This document shows positions 45,416 through 54,345 of a stretch of DNA of 55,280 bases, piece by piece (the stretch's first letter is position 1; every line of letters begins with the position of its first letter). The stretch is from positions 1-55,280 of the IMG/VR virus record IMGVR_UViG_3300025687_000004; one strand, written 5' to 3'. The position numbers and the translations under genes were made by a program. Source of the stretch: a virus. Its lineage: Duplodnaviria; Caudoviricetes. The notes under the pieces were generated by a model. That model saw nothing but the letters and a program-made list of their open reading frames with translations, made no database searches and had not been told where the DNA came from.

Positions 45416-46822
45416 TTATTTCTTATCCTTCAACTGACTATTAATACCGATAGGTTTGAGCAATTCCCATTTGTCTAAAACGTGATGAAATATTATAAGG
45501 CATAATATATCCACACACAAGGCTATCGTATTAATATTTAATTCTGTCTTTATAACAAAATTGCAAAACAATATAAAAGATGCAGAAGAGATTGTTGATA
45601 ATATAAAAGTCCTTGTTGATAGATTGTAGCCTAAAATTATGGCTATTAATGGAGCGGTAATAATAGGAGTGTAAAAATTATGAGCAAATAATATTAAATG
45701 CAATAACTCTCCTTGATATAAATAGAATCCTATAGAAAGCAATCCAATAAAAGCAGAGCTATACCTTGCAATCCTCAATTTCTCTCCAGATGAAAAGTTT
45801 TTGAAATACGGAAAATCGTGAGCAATTAAAACGGCTGCAATATTAATATTAGAATCTGCTGTAGACATACACATACATACTACAGCTATAATCAATAACG
45901 CCTTTGACCCAGGGATGTCAAAAACATCTAACAAGCTATGGAAAAGTTTCTCATTAGGAATGTTAGGGTCTAATTTATATAAATAATACGCAAAAATAGC
46001 ACTAAAAAAAACAATTAATCCTAGACCTAAGCTAGCGAGAAAATAAGAGTTTTTAACTTGTTTTATAGATACTCCCATTGCAATTCGTTGTATAACATGA
46101 GGAGAAAAGGCTGGTATTAGAAAATAACAAAACAACAAGAAAGAATCAAACAAGGTGCTGTTATCTAGTGTAGCTATATAACCTAACTGAAAATGATCTG
46201 GCACAGGACTGTTTGGGCTAGAAGAACTTGTTTTTGTATACAAAATACCTATACCGATCAGCAGCGCTGCAAAAAAACAACAGGCTTGTATTTTGTCTGT
46301 TTGGACAACTGAATTTATTCCTCCAATTGACGAATATAAAATCACTATGGAAGAGCTTATTAAAATACAAGTTATCTCGTTTAAATCAGGGAATATATAA
46401 TTAATTGCCAATCCCATAATTTTAAATTGAATATATATACCACTTGATACTAAAAATACTCCACAAAATGCAGTTAATGTTCTTGCGTGTTCTCCGTATT
46501 GCTCTCCCATGATTTGAGCAACAGAAACTTTGTGTAAAAATTTATGCATTTTTGGAACAAAGTACAAAGATACCAACATTAAAGTCCCGCATATTCCACA
46601 TATAGAAAAAGCGTAAATAATTCCTTGGGAATAAAACTTAGATAAGTTGATATTAAAACCACTACCGCTGACCCAAGTTGCAGTTACAGTAGAGGCTAAA
46701 GCTAAAGTCGAGAAACTCTTGTTACCTAAAGAAAAGCTATTGATGTTACTGGGGTTATTAAAAGAGTATACAGAGTAGCCAATCAAATATAAGAAAAAAG
46801 TGCTTAATAAAATTTCGTTCAT
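45416..46822 (-). CDS. Sodium:solute symporter (PutP-like SSS family)
   Basis: Many TM helices; F.LGNK.FST..L..TV.ATWVSGS, YS.IGG..SVV.TD..Q, QRI.M, MSTADS. Confidence 0.9.
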   Translation of the reverse strand: MNEILLSTFFLYLIGYSVYSFNNPSNINSFSLGNKSFSTLALASTVTATWVSGSGFNINLSKFYSQGIIYAFSICGICGTLMLVSLYFVPKMHKFLHKVSVAQIMGEQYGEHARTLTAFCGVFLVSSGIYIQFKIMGLAINYIFPDLNEITCILISSSIVILYSSIGGINSVVQTDKIQACCFFAALLIGIGILYTKTSSSSPNSPVPDHFQLGYIATLDNSTLFDSFLLFCYFLIPAFSPHVIQRIAMGVSIKQVKNSYFLASLGLGLIVFFSAIFAYYLYKLDPNIPNEKLFHSLLDVFDIPGSKALLIIAVVCMCMSTADSNINIAAVLIAHDFPYFKNFSSGEKLRIARYSSAFIGLLSIGFYLYQGELLHLILFAHNFYTPIITAPLIAIILGYNLSTRTFILSTISSASFILFCNFVIKTELNINTIALCVDILCLIIFHHVLDKWELLKPIGINSQLKDKK

Positions 46823-46925
46823 AAATCGTAAAATAGTTAACTTTTGTTAAAATCGGGAAATTCTTTTCCCTTTTTAGTTTTAACTATAGTTGCTACACTC
46901 ATTTATTCAAAAAAAAAGTGCAACT

Positions 46926-47255
46926 ATGGGTACAAAAATTTTTATAGATAGTGAATTGAGGATAATTTTGAAAAAGAAAAAATTACCCAATACCTATATT
47001 AATTATTTTCACCATCTTATAGAAGTATTAACTGGTAATAATAAAAATATATGCCTTGCAGGAAATGTTTCTATAAAGCTTATAAGCAAGAGCGGCAAGC
47101 GTAATACCAAGACATACCGTAATTTTTTTTATAAATGTTTTAATAAAAAATTTTTTACAAAATTAGAAAAAAGTAAATATCTAGATGATGTTTATTTCAT
47201 CAGTATCGACCGCTCTTTTTGTAAATACATAATTATAAAAGAGGCAAAAGCATGA
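46926..47255 (+). CDS. Hypothetical basic protein
   Basis: First ORF of the rightward replication operon. Confidence 0.5.
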   Translation: MGTKIFIDSELRIILKKKKLPNTYINYFHHLIEVLTGNNKNICLAGNVSIKLISKSGKRNTKTYRNFFYKCFNKKFFTKLEKSKYLDDVYFISIDRSFCKYIIIKEAKA

Positions 47256-47746
47256 TCCAAAAGCTCCAAACTCTTCTGACAAGAATTATCAATTATTTAG
47301 AAAGCAACGCTGATACACGTGTTTTTAAGGGTTACCTAGAAAAGTACGAAGACCCAGAATTAAAAACAATGTACCAACATTTAAATTACCTCAACGGCGT
47401 ACTTAGAAAAAATTTAGATAAGCTGTGTGAGATTAACTTAAATTACGAGCAAGTGATTAACCAAGGTTATTCACACCTTAAAAGAAAAAAGAGAATTTTA
47501 GAGATACCTGATAGGCAATTAAAAGAAATTATAGGTGATGAGCTACGTACTCATTCTGCTCAGGACGCTATTAATGTTGCTAATCGGATTTTAAAAACAG
47601 TGCAGCAAATATCAGTTAATTCTCACAATCCTCAACACAATATAATTATAGAAGAAGCTAAAACGCTTGCGTCAATAGTGTTGGAGATTCATAGAGACGT
47701 ACCAACTGTTGAAAGCTGTATAAGAGAAGTACAAGGAGAAAAATAA
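47252..47746 (+). CDS. Hypothetical protein
   Basis: GAGG SD, ATGA overlap. Confidence 0.6.
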   Translation: MIQKLQTLLTRIINYLESNADTRVFKGYLEKYEDPELKTMYQHLNYLNGVLRKNLDKLCEINLNYEQVINQGYSHLKRKKRILEIPDRQLKEIIGDELRTHSAQDAINVANRILKTVQQISVNSHNPQHNIIIEEAKTLASIVLEIHRDVPTVESCIREVQGEK

Positions 47747-47847
47747 TGTTTAGAAATATTTTTAAAATTATAAAAAATTACTTTTTTACACCAAAGGTTC
47801 AAACACCAGAGGAGTATTGGAATAACAAAAAAATATAAGAGGTAATC

Positions 47848-48783
47848 ATGGAACTACATATAGATAAAGAGTTAGAGGAGTTTATCCCACCCTTAACAGA
47901 AAAGGAGTTTAGCAGTTTGTCGCTTTCTATTAAAGCTAATGGCTGTCATGATAATATAAAAGTTTGGCATCGTAGCGATGGTAGTCTTGATACTATTGTT
48001 GATGGGCATAATAGATATAAAATATGCCAGCAATTAAAAATTCCTTTTAAAATCACACGTATGAAATTTGCGGATAAGTCAGACGTTATGAGGTGGATGT
48101 ACAGCGAGCAGGGTTCTAGGCGCAATTTAAATACAGCTCAATTATTAGAGTTGCACTCTAAGTTGCAAGTATATTTAGAGAAATTTGCAAGAGAACGTCA
48201 ATTGGCTAACCTAAAACAAAATAAGACAATAACTGAAAAGGTAGGAGATAACACTAAAGCACCGAGTCTGCCATTTGGCAGACTCGGTGGTGAGACAGCA
48301 GAAGAAGTGGGTAAAAAAACAAACACTAGCACAAGAACAGTCTATCGTTTTAACGAGATAATGAAAAAAGGCACGGAGGAGCAAAAAGCCGATCTTCGTT
48401 CAGGTAAAAAAAAGATAGGTACTGTCTACAAAGAAATTAAAGCAAAAGAAAAACCAAAATCCCATTCCCTCAATTTGAGGGAGACCCTAGTGCCACGTGG
48501 CACTCCAACTAACGAGAATGACATCGAAAAGTTGCTAAAAGGCAAAGATATAAATACTCCGTATTTACTTCTTTATTCTAAAAAGGACAAAGAAACTGGT
48601 GAGGAAATGCGTGCTTGTTTATCTAACTGTGAACCAAAAGCAAATTTAATGACTTGCCGAGATTATATAATGGAAACATCTCATGGCAATTGTCCTGAAG
48701 ATGACTTTGTCCAATTAAAAATAGCCTTAAGGCGTATGATTGATGGGGTTGTTTTTAAGGAGGTAGCCAATGCGCAAGACTAA
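47848..48783 (+). CDS. ParB-N + HTH protein
   Basis: IPPLT..EF..L..SI...G, IVDGHNRY.IC, RRNL, HTH TAEEVGKKTNTSTRTV. Confidence 0.85.
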   Translation: MELHIDKELEEFIPPLTEKEFSSLSLSIKANGCHDNIKVWHRSDGSLDTIVDGHNRYKICQQLKIPFKITRMKFADKSDVMRWMYSEQGSRRNLNTAQLLELHSKLQVYLEKFARERQLANLKQNKTITEKVGDNTKAPSLPFGRLGGETAEEVGKKTNTSTRTVYRFNEIMKKGTEEQKADLRSGKKKIGTVYKEIKAKEKPKSHSLNLRETLVPRGTPTNENDIEKLLKGKDINTPYLLLYSKKDKETGEEMRACLSNCEPKANLMTCRDYIMETSHGNCPEDDFVQLKIALRRMIDGVVFKEVANAQD

Positions 48784-48934
48784 GACAATGCCTGTAGAAG
48801 TTCTACAAAGCTATATTGATTGTATACAAAGTAAAGATGTTGATCTTTTGATACTGGCACGATACTTGGCGGCTAAAAGTAATGGTTTGTTTGAAGTGGT
48901 AGAGCCTAAAAAAGATAAAAGTAAATGGTTTTAA
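48770..48934 (+). CDS. Small hypothetical protein (54 aa, not in ORF track)
   Basis: AAGGAGGT SD; MRKTKTMPVEVLQ...KSKWF. Confidence 0.55.
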   Translation: MRKTKTMPVEVLQSYIDCIQSKDVDLLILARYLAAKSNGLFEVVEPKKDKSKWF

Positions 48935-48947
48935 AGAGAATAAGACA

Positions 48948-49208
48948 ATGACAAAAGAATTAACTCTAATAGCCAGCCAACTAGCTAAAAATATAAATGG
49001 TGTATGGGAAATAATAACAGACGAAGGTTTAAGCGAAGAAGGAGCTAAAAAACTAATTAAGGAAGTAATAGAACCTACTCAAATACTATTATTAATGTCA
49101 GAAAGTTACAGCGTGAACAATATTCGTTTTAAAGGCAACGTTCTAAAAATTGCTAAAGAAAAACTAGAGCAACAAAGAATACAAAGGCAAAATGAAGCAG
49201 CAATATAA
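48948..49208 (+). CDS. Hypothetical protein
   Basis: 86-aa ORF in the operon. Confidence 0.55.
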   Translation: MTKELTLIASQLAKNINGVWEIITDEGLSEEGAKKLIKEVIEPTQILLLMSESYSVNNIRFKGNVLKIAKEKLEQQRIQRQNEAAI

Positions 49209-50076
49209 AAAAATACCTAATAGTTGGAAGTCTATTAGAAGATATGACCAGCCAACCAAAACGCTTTCACCTAAGGCTATTGAGATATTGGCTGTGGCTA
49301 TGTATCAGGTGAACAAATACAATCAAGCTATTTTGACACATAAAGTGTTGAAGGAAATTACTGATAGAAAAAAACGCCAGAATCGTAATTTAGTGAATGA
49401 GCTAGGCTTTATTTTTAATCTGGAATTTTCACGCTGTTTAGTTGAAGGTAAGAAAAAATATAACGACGCTTACAAACTAACATTCACAAAAAATGCAGCC
49501 GAAATCTTAGAAAATCCTGAAGACTATTTTGCTGAATTTGAGGATGATATTTTAACAAAACAAGGCAGCAAAATAGAGCAGCAAAACGACAAAAAAGATG
49601 GGGCAATAGATGGGGCAATGAATATTGAGACATCGGGCAATTTTACCTCATCAGAATCAAAAGATCGGGCAATAAATTGCGCTACATCGGGCAATAAATT
49701 ACCTGACATGAGGCAAAAAATTACCCCATCTCAAGAATTGCTACATATATATATAAAAAAACTAATATATATAACAAATAAAAAAACTAATGTAGATGTG
49801 GACATTGATTTATACATGCTCATAAAGTCCATGAATTGGAGCAGTCTTTTTTCTCAAAATACTCCAGAACAAATTGAAGCATTTTCTCAATTCATAGCTA
49901 AGAAATCTCCTTTTGATTTTGATAACAAAGATGACTCACCAGCAGCTTATAGAGATTTGCATGAGATAGACACCATGGACAAACTAAGAACACGCTATCT
50001 GACAGAATTTCAAAAAATAGGAATGGCAGAAGCTAAGAGAGAATACGAAGAAAACATGAAGAGGTTTAAATGTTAG
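49192..50076 (+). CDS. Probable replication initiator (lambda O-like organisation)
   Basis: Directly upstream of dnaB and contains internal iterons plus an AT-rich tract. Confidence 0.65.
   Translation: MKQQYKKIPNSWKSIRRYDQPTKTLSPKAIEILAVAMYQVNKYNQAILTHKVLKEITDRKKRQNRNLVNELGFIFNLEFSRCLVEGKKKYNDAYKLTFTKNAAEILENPEDYFAEFEDDILTKQGSKIEQQNDKKDGAIDGAMNIETSGNFTSSESKDRAINCATSGNKLPDMRQKITPSQELLHIYIKKLIYITNKKTNVDVDIDLYMLIKSMNWSSLFSQNTPEQIEAFSQFIAKKSPFDFDNKDDSPAAYRDLHEIDTMDKLRTRYLTEFQKIGMAEAKREYEENMKRFKC
49598..49790. repeat. Iteron array plus AT-rich region (putative origin)
   Basis: AT(C/G)(G/A)GGCAA(T/A) at 49598, 49610, 49632, 49664, 49686, 49708, then an AT-rich tract at about 49745-49790. Confidence 0.75.
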
Positions 50077-51467
50077 AAGCGTCTGATCTACAACGCAAAT
50101 ACGATGACATGTTGAAACATGATGTAGACCATGAACAATTAGCTATAGGTTGCATGGTAACATCAGAGTTTGGATTATCTCAATGTTGCAAACTTCTAAA
50201 TGCAGAAGATTTTGCAGTCAAGCATAGTAGAAAGCTCTTTGATATAATCAGAAGTTCTTATGAACAAGGAGACGATTTTAACGACTGTTATGCAAAAATA
50301 ACATGTATTAGCGAATCAGATTGGAAAGCTGTTGATTCACAAATGCCAATCAGCAGAGCAGAATATGTCAGGCAGTGCTTAATGAAAGCAATGAATATTT
50401 TGAAGGTCGAGAACCAGGTCAATAGCATAATCAAGCGAATAAAGGAACAATCGGCTAGACGCTATTTATGCATAAGAAATCAGCAGTTTGTAGAAGAGCT
50501 TCTTGATACAACAAACCCTAAACCATTTGCAAGTGTTGTTAATTCTATAATGGAAGATAGCAAACAAAAGCTGGAAGAAATAGCAGATTCCGAAGAGGAG
50601 GAAGATTTTAAAACCATGGCTTTAAGAGTCTTGAATACCAAGGAAGAAAAAGCAATCAGTACAGGTTTTAAAGGCTTAGACCATATAATCGATGGATTCA
50701 AAAAAGGTCAGTTAATTACTATTGGAGCAGGTACGGGAATGGGAAAGAGTGCCTTTGCTGTAAATCTTGCAATAAACATTATTAAACAGGGTCATGGCGT
50801 TGCACTTTGGTCGTTTGAAATGGACGAAAGAGAAGTATTGCAGCGTTTGTTTTCAGTGGTCACTAGGATATCACAAAAAAAAGCGTCAAGTGATCCAAGG
50901 TATGGTGAAGAAAGATACAATAGAATTATGAAATTTTTTGATGAGGTAAAACATGGTTTAACTCTACGTACTAAGCCGATCAAAGATTTAGGAGTTTTTT
51001 ATCTTGATTGTCAAAAGGGAATAAAACAGAAAGACCTCAAAGTAGTAATTATTGATTACTTGCAGTTAATCCATTTATCACGAAGTGGAAAAACAAACAG
51101 AGTAGCTGAAATAGAATATATAACAAACAACTTTAAGAATATAGCAAATGAGCTTGGAATTGCGATTATCATACTTTCCCAGTTATCAAGAGAGCATACA
51201 AGAAGAGAAGATAAAACGCCTATTTTATCCGATCTTAGAGATTCTGGCTCAATCGAACAAGATTCAAACGTTGTTATGTTTTTAGGAAATCTCGATCTAA
51301 AAGACACCGGTAATGCTGTGCTAGGGCAATACGATAAACCTATGTGTTTATGGGTGGCTAAGAATAGATCAGGTAGCACTGGAGCAGTAAAGTTCAAATA
51401 TATTGGATATATAACTGAGTTTACTGAGCTAGTAACAAATAATGACAATGCCATGGTGGCTTGTTGA
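50070..51467 (+). CDS. dnaB: Replicative DNA helicase
   Basis: GAGTGMGKS, FEM, IIDYLQL, LSQLSR, DLRDSGSIEQD, KNRSG. Confidence 0.95.
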   Translation: MLEASDLQRKYDDMLKHDVDHEQLAIGCMVTSEFGLSQCCKLLNAEDFAVKHSRKLFDIIRSSYEQGDDFNDCYAKITCISESDWKAVDSQMPISRAEYVRQCLMKAMNILKVENQVNSIIKRIKEQSARRYLCIRNQQFVEELLDTTNPKPFASVVNSIMEDSKQKLEEIADSEEEEDFKTMALRVLNTKEEKAISTGFKGLDHIIDGFKKGQLITIGAGTGMGKSAFAVNLAINIIKQGHGVALWSFEMDEREVLQRLFSVVTRISQKKASSDPRYGEERYNRIMKFFDEVKHGLTLRTKPIKDLGVFYLDCQKGIKQKDLKVVIIDYLQLIHLSRSGKTNRVAEIEYITNNFKNIANELGIAIIILSQLSREHTRREDKTPILSDLRDSGSIEQDSNVVMFLGNLDLKDTGNAVLGQYDKPMCLWVAKNRSGSTGAVKFKYIGYITEFTELVTNNDNAMVAC

Positions 51468-51492
51468 ATAACAATTAATAAAAGAAATTTAT

Positions 51493-52623
51493 ATGGACTT
51501 AAAAATAAATGAAGAATTTAAGTCCCTCATTCCAAGTTTGACCGCTGAAGAATACGAGGGACTAGAAGCAAGCATAATTCAAGAAGGATGCCGAGATAAA
51601 ATAGTAACTTGGAAAGGTTACATTATCGACGGACACAACCGCTATGAAATATGCAATAAACATAGTATAGCATTTGAGGTTTTAGAAAAAGACAATTTTG
51701 AAACCGAAGCTGATGTTAAGCTGTGGATGATCAATAACCAGTTCAACCGCCGTAATTTACCTATAGCAACAAGAATGAAGCTGGCATATAGGTTTAAGGA
51801 GATAGAGGCTGAGAAGGCTAAACTTCGTCAATCAAATTTGTCTAATTTGAAGCAATTTCAAAACGATGTTACTGCAATACCGGTTAGTGCACCGGTGCAC
51901 ACACCGGACGAAAAAACAAATGGCCGCACTTTAGAAGTTATAGCAAAAATGGCCGGAGTAAGTGCTAGAACTGCTGATCAATACGACAAAATCCAACGCA
52001 AAGGCACAGAAGCACAAAAAGCTCAAGTGGATTCTGGCGATTCTAGTATTAAGAAAGTCTATACTCAAATACAAAGAGCCGAGCGTTTAGAAAAGAACCA
52101 AGCTACAGAATGGCCAAAAGGTAAATACAGAATAATATACGCTGACCCACCTTGGAAATACGACGATGAACGTTCTGGCATGGGCGGAGCAATTGATCAA
52201 TACGATCTTATGGACTTAGAAGACATAAAAGCATTGCCAGTCAAAGATTTAGCTGAAACTGATGCTGTATTGTTTATGTGGGCTACCGCTCCATTGCTTA
52301 AGGAAGGCATAGAAGTAGTAGAATCGTGGGGATTCAAATACAAAACACATGTGATTTGGAATAAGACAAAAGGCCTTAACGGGCATTATGTTTCACCAAG
52401 ACACGAGCTTTTATTTATAGCGACAAAAGGCAGCTGTACTCCTGATACAAAAGACCGCCCTAATTCAGTACAAACTATTGAGCGTACAGGTCGTCATTCA
52501 GAGAAGCCAGAAGAATTTAGGGAAATCATTGAAACGCTGTATACCTATGGCAATAAAGTAGAGCTATTTGCACGTACAGCACCAGAGGGATGGGGGGCTT
52601 ATGGTAACGAAATCAGAAGGTAA
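51493..52623 (+). CDS. ParB-N/HTH fused to MT-A70 adenine methyltransferase
   Basis: IDGHNRYEIC, HTH; IIYADPPW, LFMWAT, WGFKY, HSEKPEE, ELFAR. Confidence 0.92.
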   Translation: MDLKINEEFKSLIPSLTAEEYEGLEASIIQEGCRDKIVTWKGYIIDGHNRYEICNKHSIAFEVLEKDNFETEADVKLWMINNQFNRRNLPIATRMKLAYRFKEIEAEKAKLRQSNLSNLKQFQNDVTAIPVSAPVHTPDEKTNGRTLEVIAKMAGVSARTADQYDKIQRKGTEAQKAQVDSGDSSIKKVYTQIQRAERLEKNQATEWPKGKYRIIYADPPWKYDDERSGMGGAIDQYDLMDLEDIKALPVKDLAETDAVLFMWATAPLLKEGIEVVESWGFKYKTHVIWNKTKGLNGHYVSPRHELLFIATKGSCTPDTKDRPNSVQTIERTGRHSEKPEEFREIIETLYTYGNKVELFARTAPEGWGAYGNEIRR

Positions 52624-53635
52624 TCGTTTATATCAAGAACGCTTGATTCCAGCGCAACGATTTCAAGATCATTGTGCATATTGGATACAACAAACCTTAC
52701 ACATAACTATCGGTAATTTTCAAAGTAAAGATTATCAATTTAAATTCGGGGAAAACCCTCAAGGAGTTGAAATAAAACATGATATGCAGTTTGCAAAAAC
52801 TGGTAATTTATGGATAGAGGTAAGGCACAGAAAGAACACAGAAGAAAAATATTACAATGGTGGAATAATGAGAGCAAATAATACTTGGCTTTATGCAATT
52901 GGTAATTATGAAGAGCTGTATCTTTTTTCTGTTAAAGGGTTAAGAAATATTTTAAACGAAAAACAGTATGAAATTAAATCAAACAATCTAGATACATCAC
53001 AAGGTTTTCTACTATCAAAAAAAGATGCCGAGTATTATTGCGCTGCAAAAATAGAAACATACGATATCGTCAAGAAAGATGATTATAAAATCAACGTTGA
53101 TATAGATGAATTAGATTTTGACGAATCAAACGCTAACAACCGTCCAAATAAAGATTTTGATGGGTACGTTAATGGCAAGTTAGTGTCTTTTAAAATGGAA
53201 AAGAGAACTTTTGCAAAGCCTAGATTTAAAAATGATTTTGCTGATGATGTAGTACAAAAAGTGTGTATGTTTAACTTTGTAATAGAAGGAAAATCCGAAC
53301 CTATAAAGATGTCCAGAATGACGGGTACTAAGATCAACACCGAAGCAAAACATGTAAAAGCCAAGGGTAGAGGCAAGAAGGAACAAGAGGAATATAACGC
53401 TTTAACTGAAATGTGTATTAAGTTGGGTATTTTTAATATACAAGATGTAAGAGATGATAATACTAAAACTCTACTAGAGAATTTAAACAACGCTTGCAAA
53501 ACTATTTCAGAAGAGAACCCTATTTATATAAAAACTAAATTAGAGAGGTGTGAAAAATCTTACAACCTTGAAAATATAGATATTTCAACTATTAAACTAA
53601 CAAACATGGAGAATAAAAATGTCATCACTAAATAA
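52601..53635 (+). CDS. PD-(D/E)XK nuclease-like domain fused to an unknown C-terminal domain
   Basis: GVEIKHD....TGNLWIEV motif in the N-terminal half; start MVTKS overlaps the MTase end. Confidence 0.6.
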   Translation: MVTKSEGNRLYQERLIPAQRFQDHCAYWIQQTLHITIGNFQSKDYQFKFGENPQGVEIKHDMQFAKTGNLWIEVRHRKNTEEKYYNGGIMRANNTWLYAIGNYEELYLFSVKGLRNILNEKQYEIKSNNLDTSQGFLLSKKDAEYYCAAKIETYDIVKKDDYKINVDIDELDFDESNANNRPNKDFDGYVNGKLVSFKMEKRTFAKPRFKNDFADDVVQKVCMFNFVIEGKSEPIKMSRMTGTKINTEAKHVKAKGRGKKEQEEYNALTEMCIKLGIFNIQDVRDDNTKTLLENLNNACKTISEENPIYIKTKLERCEKSYNLENIDISTIKLTNMENKNVITK

Positions 53636-54059
53636 AGTAACATTAATTGGAAACCTAGGAAAAGACCCAGAAATTAGAACTACTGGAGATGGCAAAGAAA
53701 TTGCCAATTTCAGTATTGCCACAAGTGAAACCTGGAAAGATAAAACAACAGGAGAGAAAAAAGATAAAACCGAATGGCATAGGGTCGTATGTTTCAATGA
53801 AGGCTTAACACGAGTAATAAAAAGCTACGTAAAAAAAGGCAGCAAGATATACGTTGAAGGCCAGCTACAAACTAGAAAATGGACGAATCAAGAAGGGCAA
53901 GAAGCGTATACAACAGAAGTTATCTTGCAAAATTATAATTCTAGTTTAGTTATGCTTGATTCTAAAGGCGACAATGCGCCACAAGGAGCTAATAGCACAA
54001 ACGTAGTAAATAAGCCAGAATTTAAAAATGAAGAACTGGATGATGAAATACCATTTTAA
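53619..54059 (+). CDS. ssb: Single-stranded DNA-binding protein
   Basis: LNKVTLIGNLGKDPE...TEWHRVV...EGQLQTRKW...DDEIPF. Confidence 0.97.
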   Translation: MSSLNKVTLIGNLGKDPEIRTTGDGKEIANFSIATSETWKDKTTGEKKDKTEWHRVVCFNEGLTRVIKSYVKKGSKIYVEGQLQTRKWTNQEGQEAYTTEVILQNYNSSLVMLDSKGDNAPQGANSTNVVNKPEFKNEELDDEIPF

Positions 54060-54064
54060 AAATT

Positions 54065-54247
54065 ATGGCAATACTTAAAGACATCATCTACACAATATAC
54101 TTGCTAAGTTTTAGCCTACCATTCTTTAAATTGCTGCAAATACCAGTAATAAAAGAATGGTCATGGCTGACAGTAATAGCACCATTTTGGGCAACAACCT
54201 GTATAGGATTGATTGTTGGTTGGTTTATGTTGTTGTTTAAAAAATAG
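54065..54247 (+). CDS. Small membrane protein
   Basis: FKLL...I.EWSWL.V.APFW pattern, two hydrophobic segments. Confidence 0.6.
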   Translation: MAILKDIIYTIYLLSFSLPFFKLLQIPVIKEWSWLTVIAPFWATTCIGLIVGWFMLLFKK

Positions 54248-54317
54248 CTCATGAAATAGCGTTACGGAAATTCTCGTAACGGCTTTAACTCAAAGGCCAA
54301 TCTTCTTACTTTTTAGC

Positions 54318-54328
54318 TGTGGTATAAT
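54318..54328 (+). promoter_or_regulatory. Extended -10 promoter
   Basis: TGTGGTATAAT 17 nt before ATG 54346. Confidence 0.6.
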
Positions 54329-54345
54329 AAAAAAGAAAAAATCAC

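Noticed and set aside
6217-53797. Numerous antisense or nested ORFs in the track (e.g. 6252, 15679, 22470, 24228, 36795, 51056, 53083)
   Set aside because: They overlap well-supported genes on the opposite strand and lack motifs or SD sites
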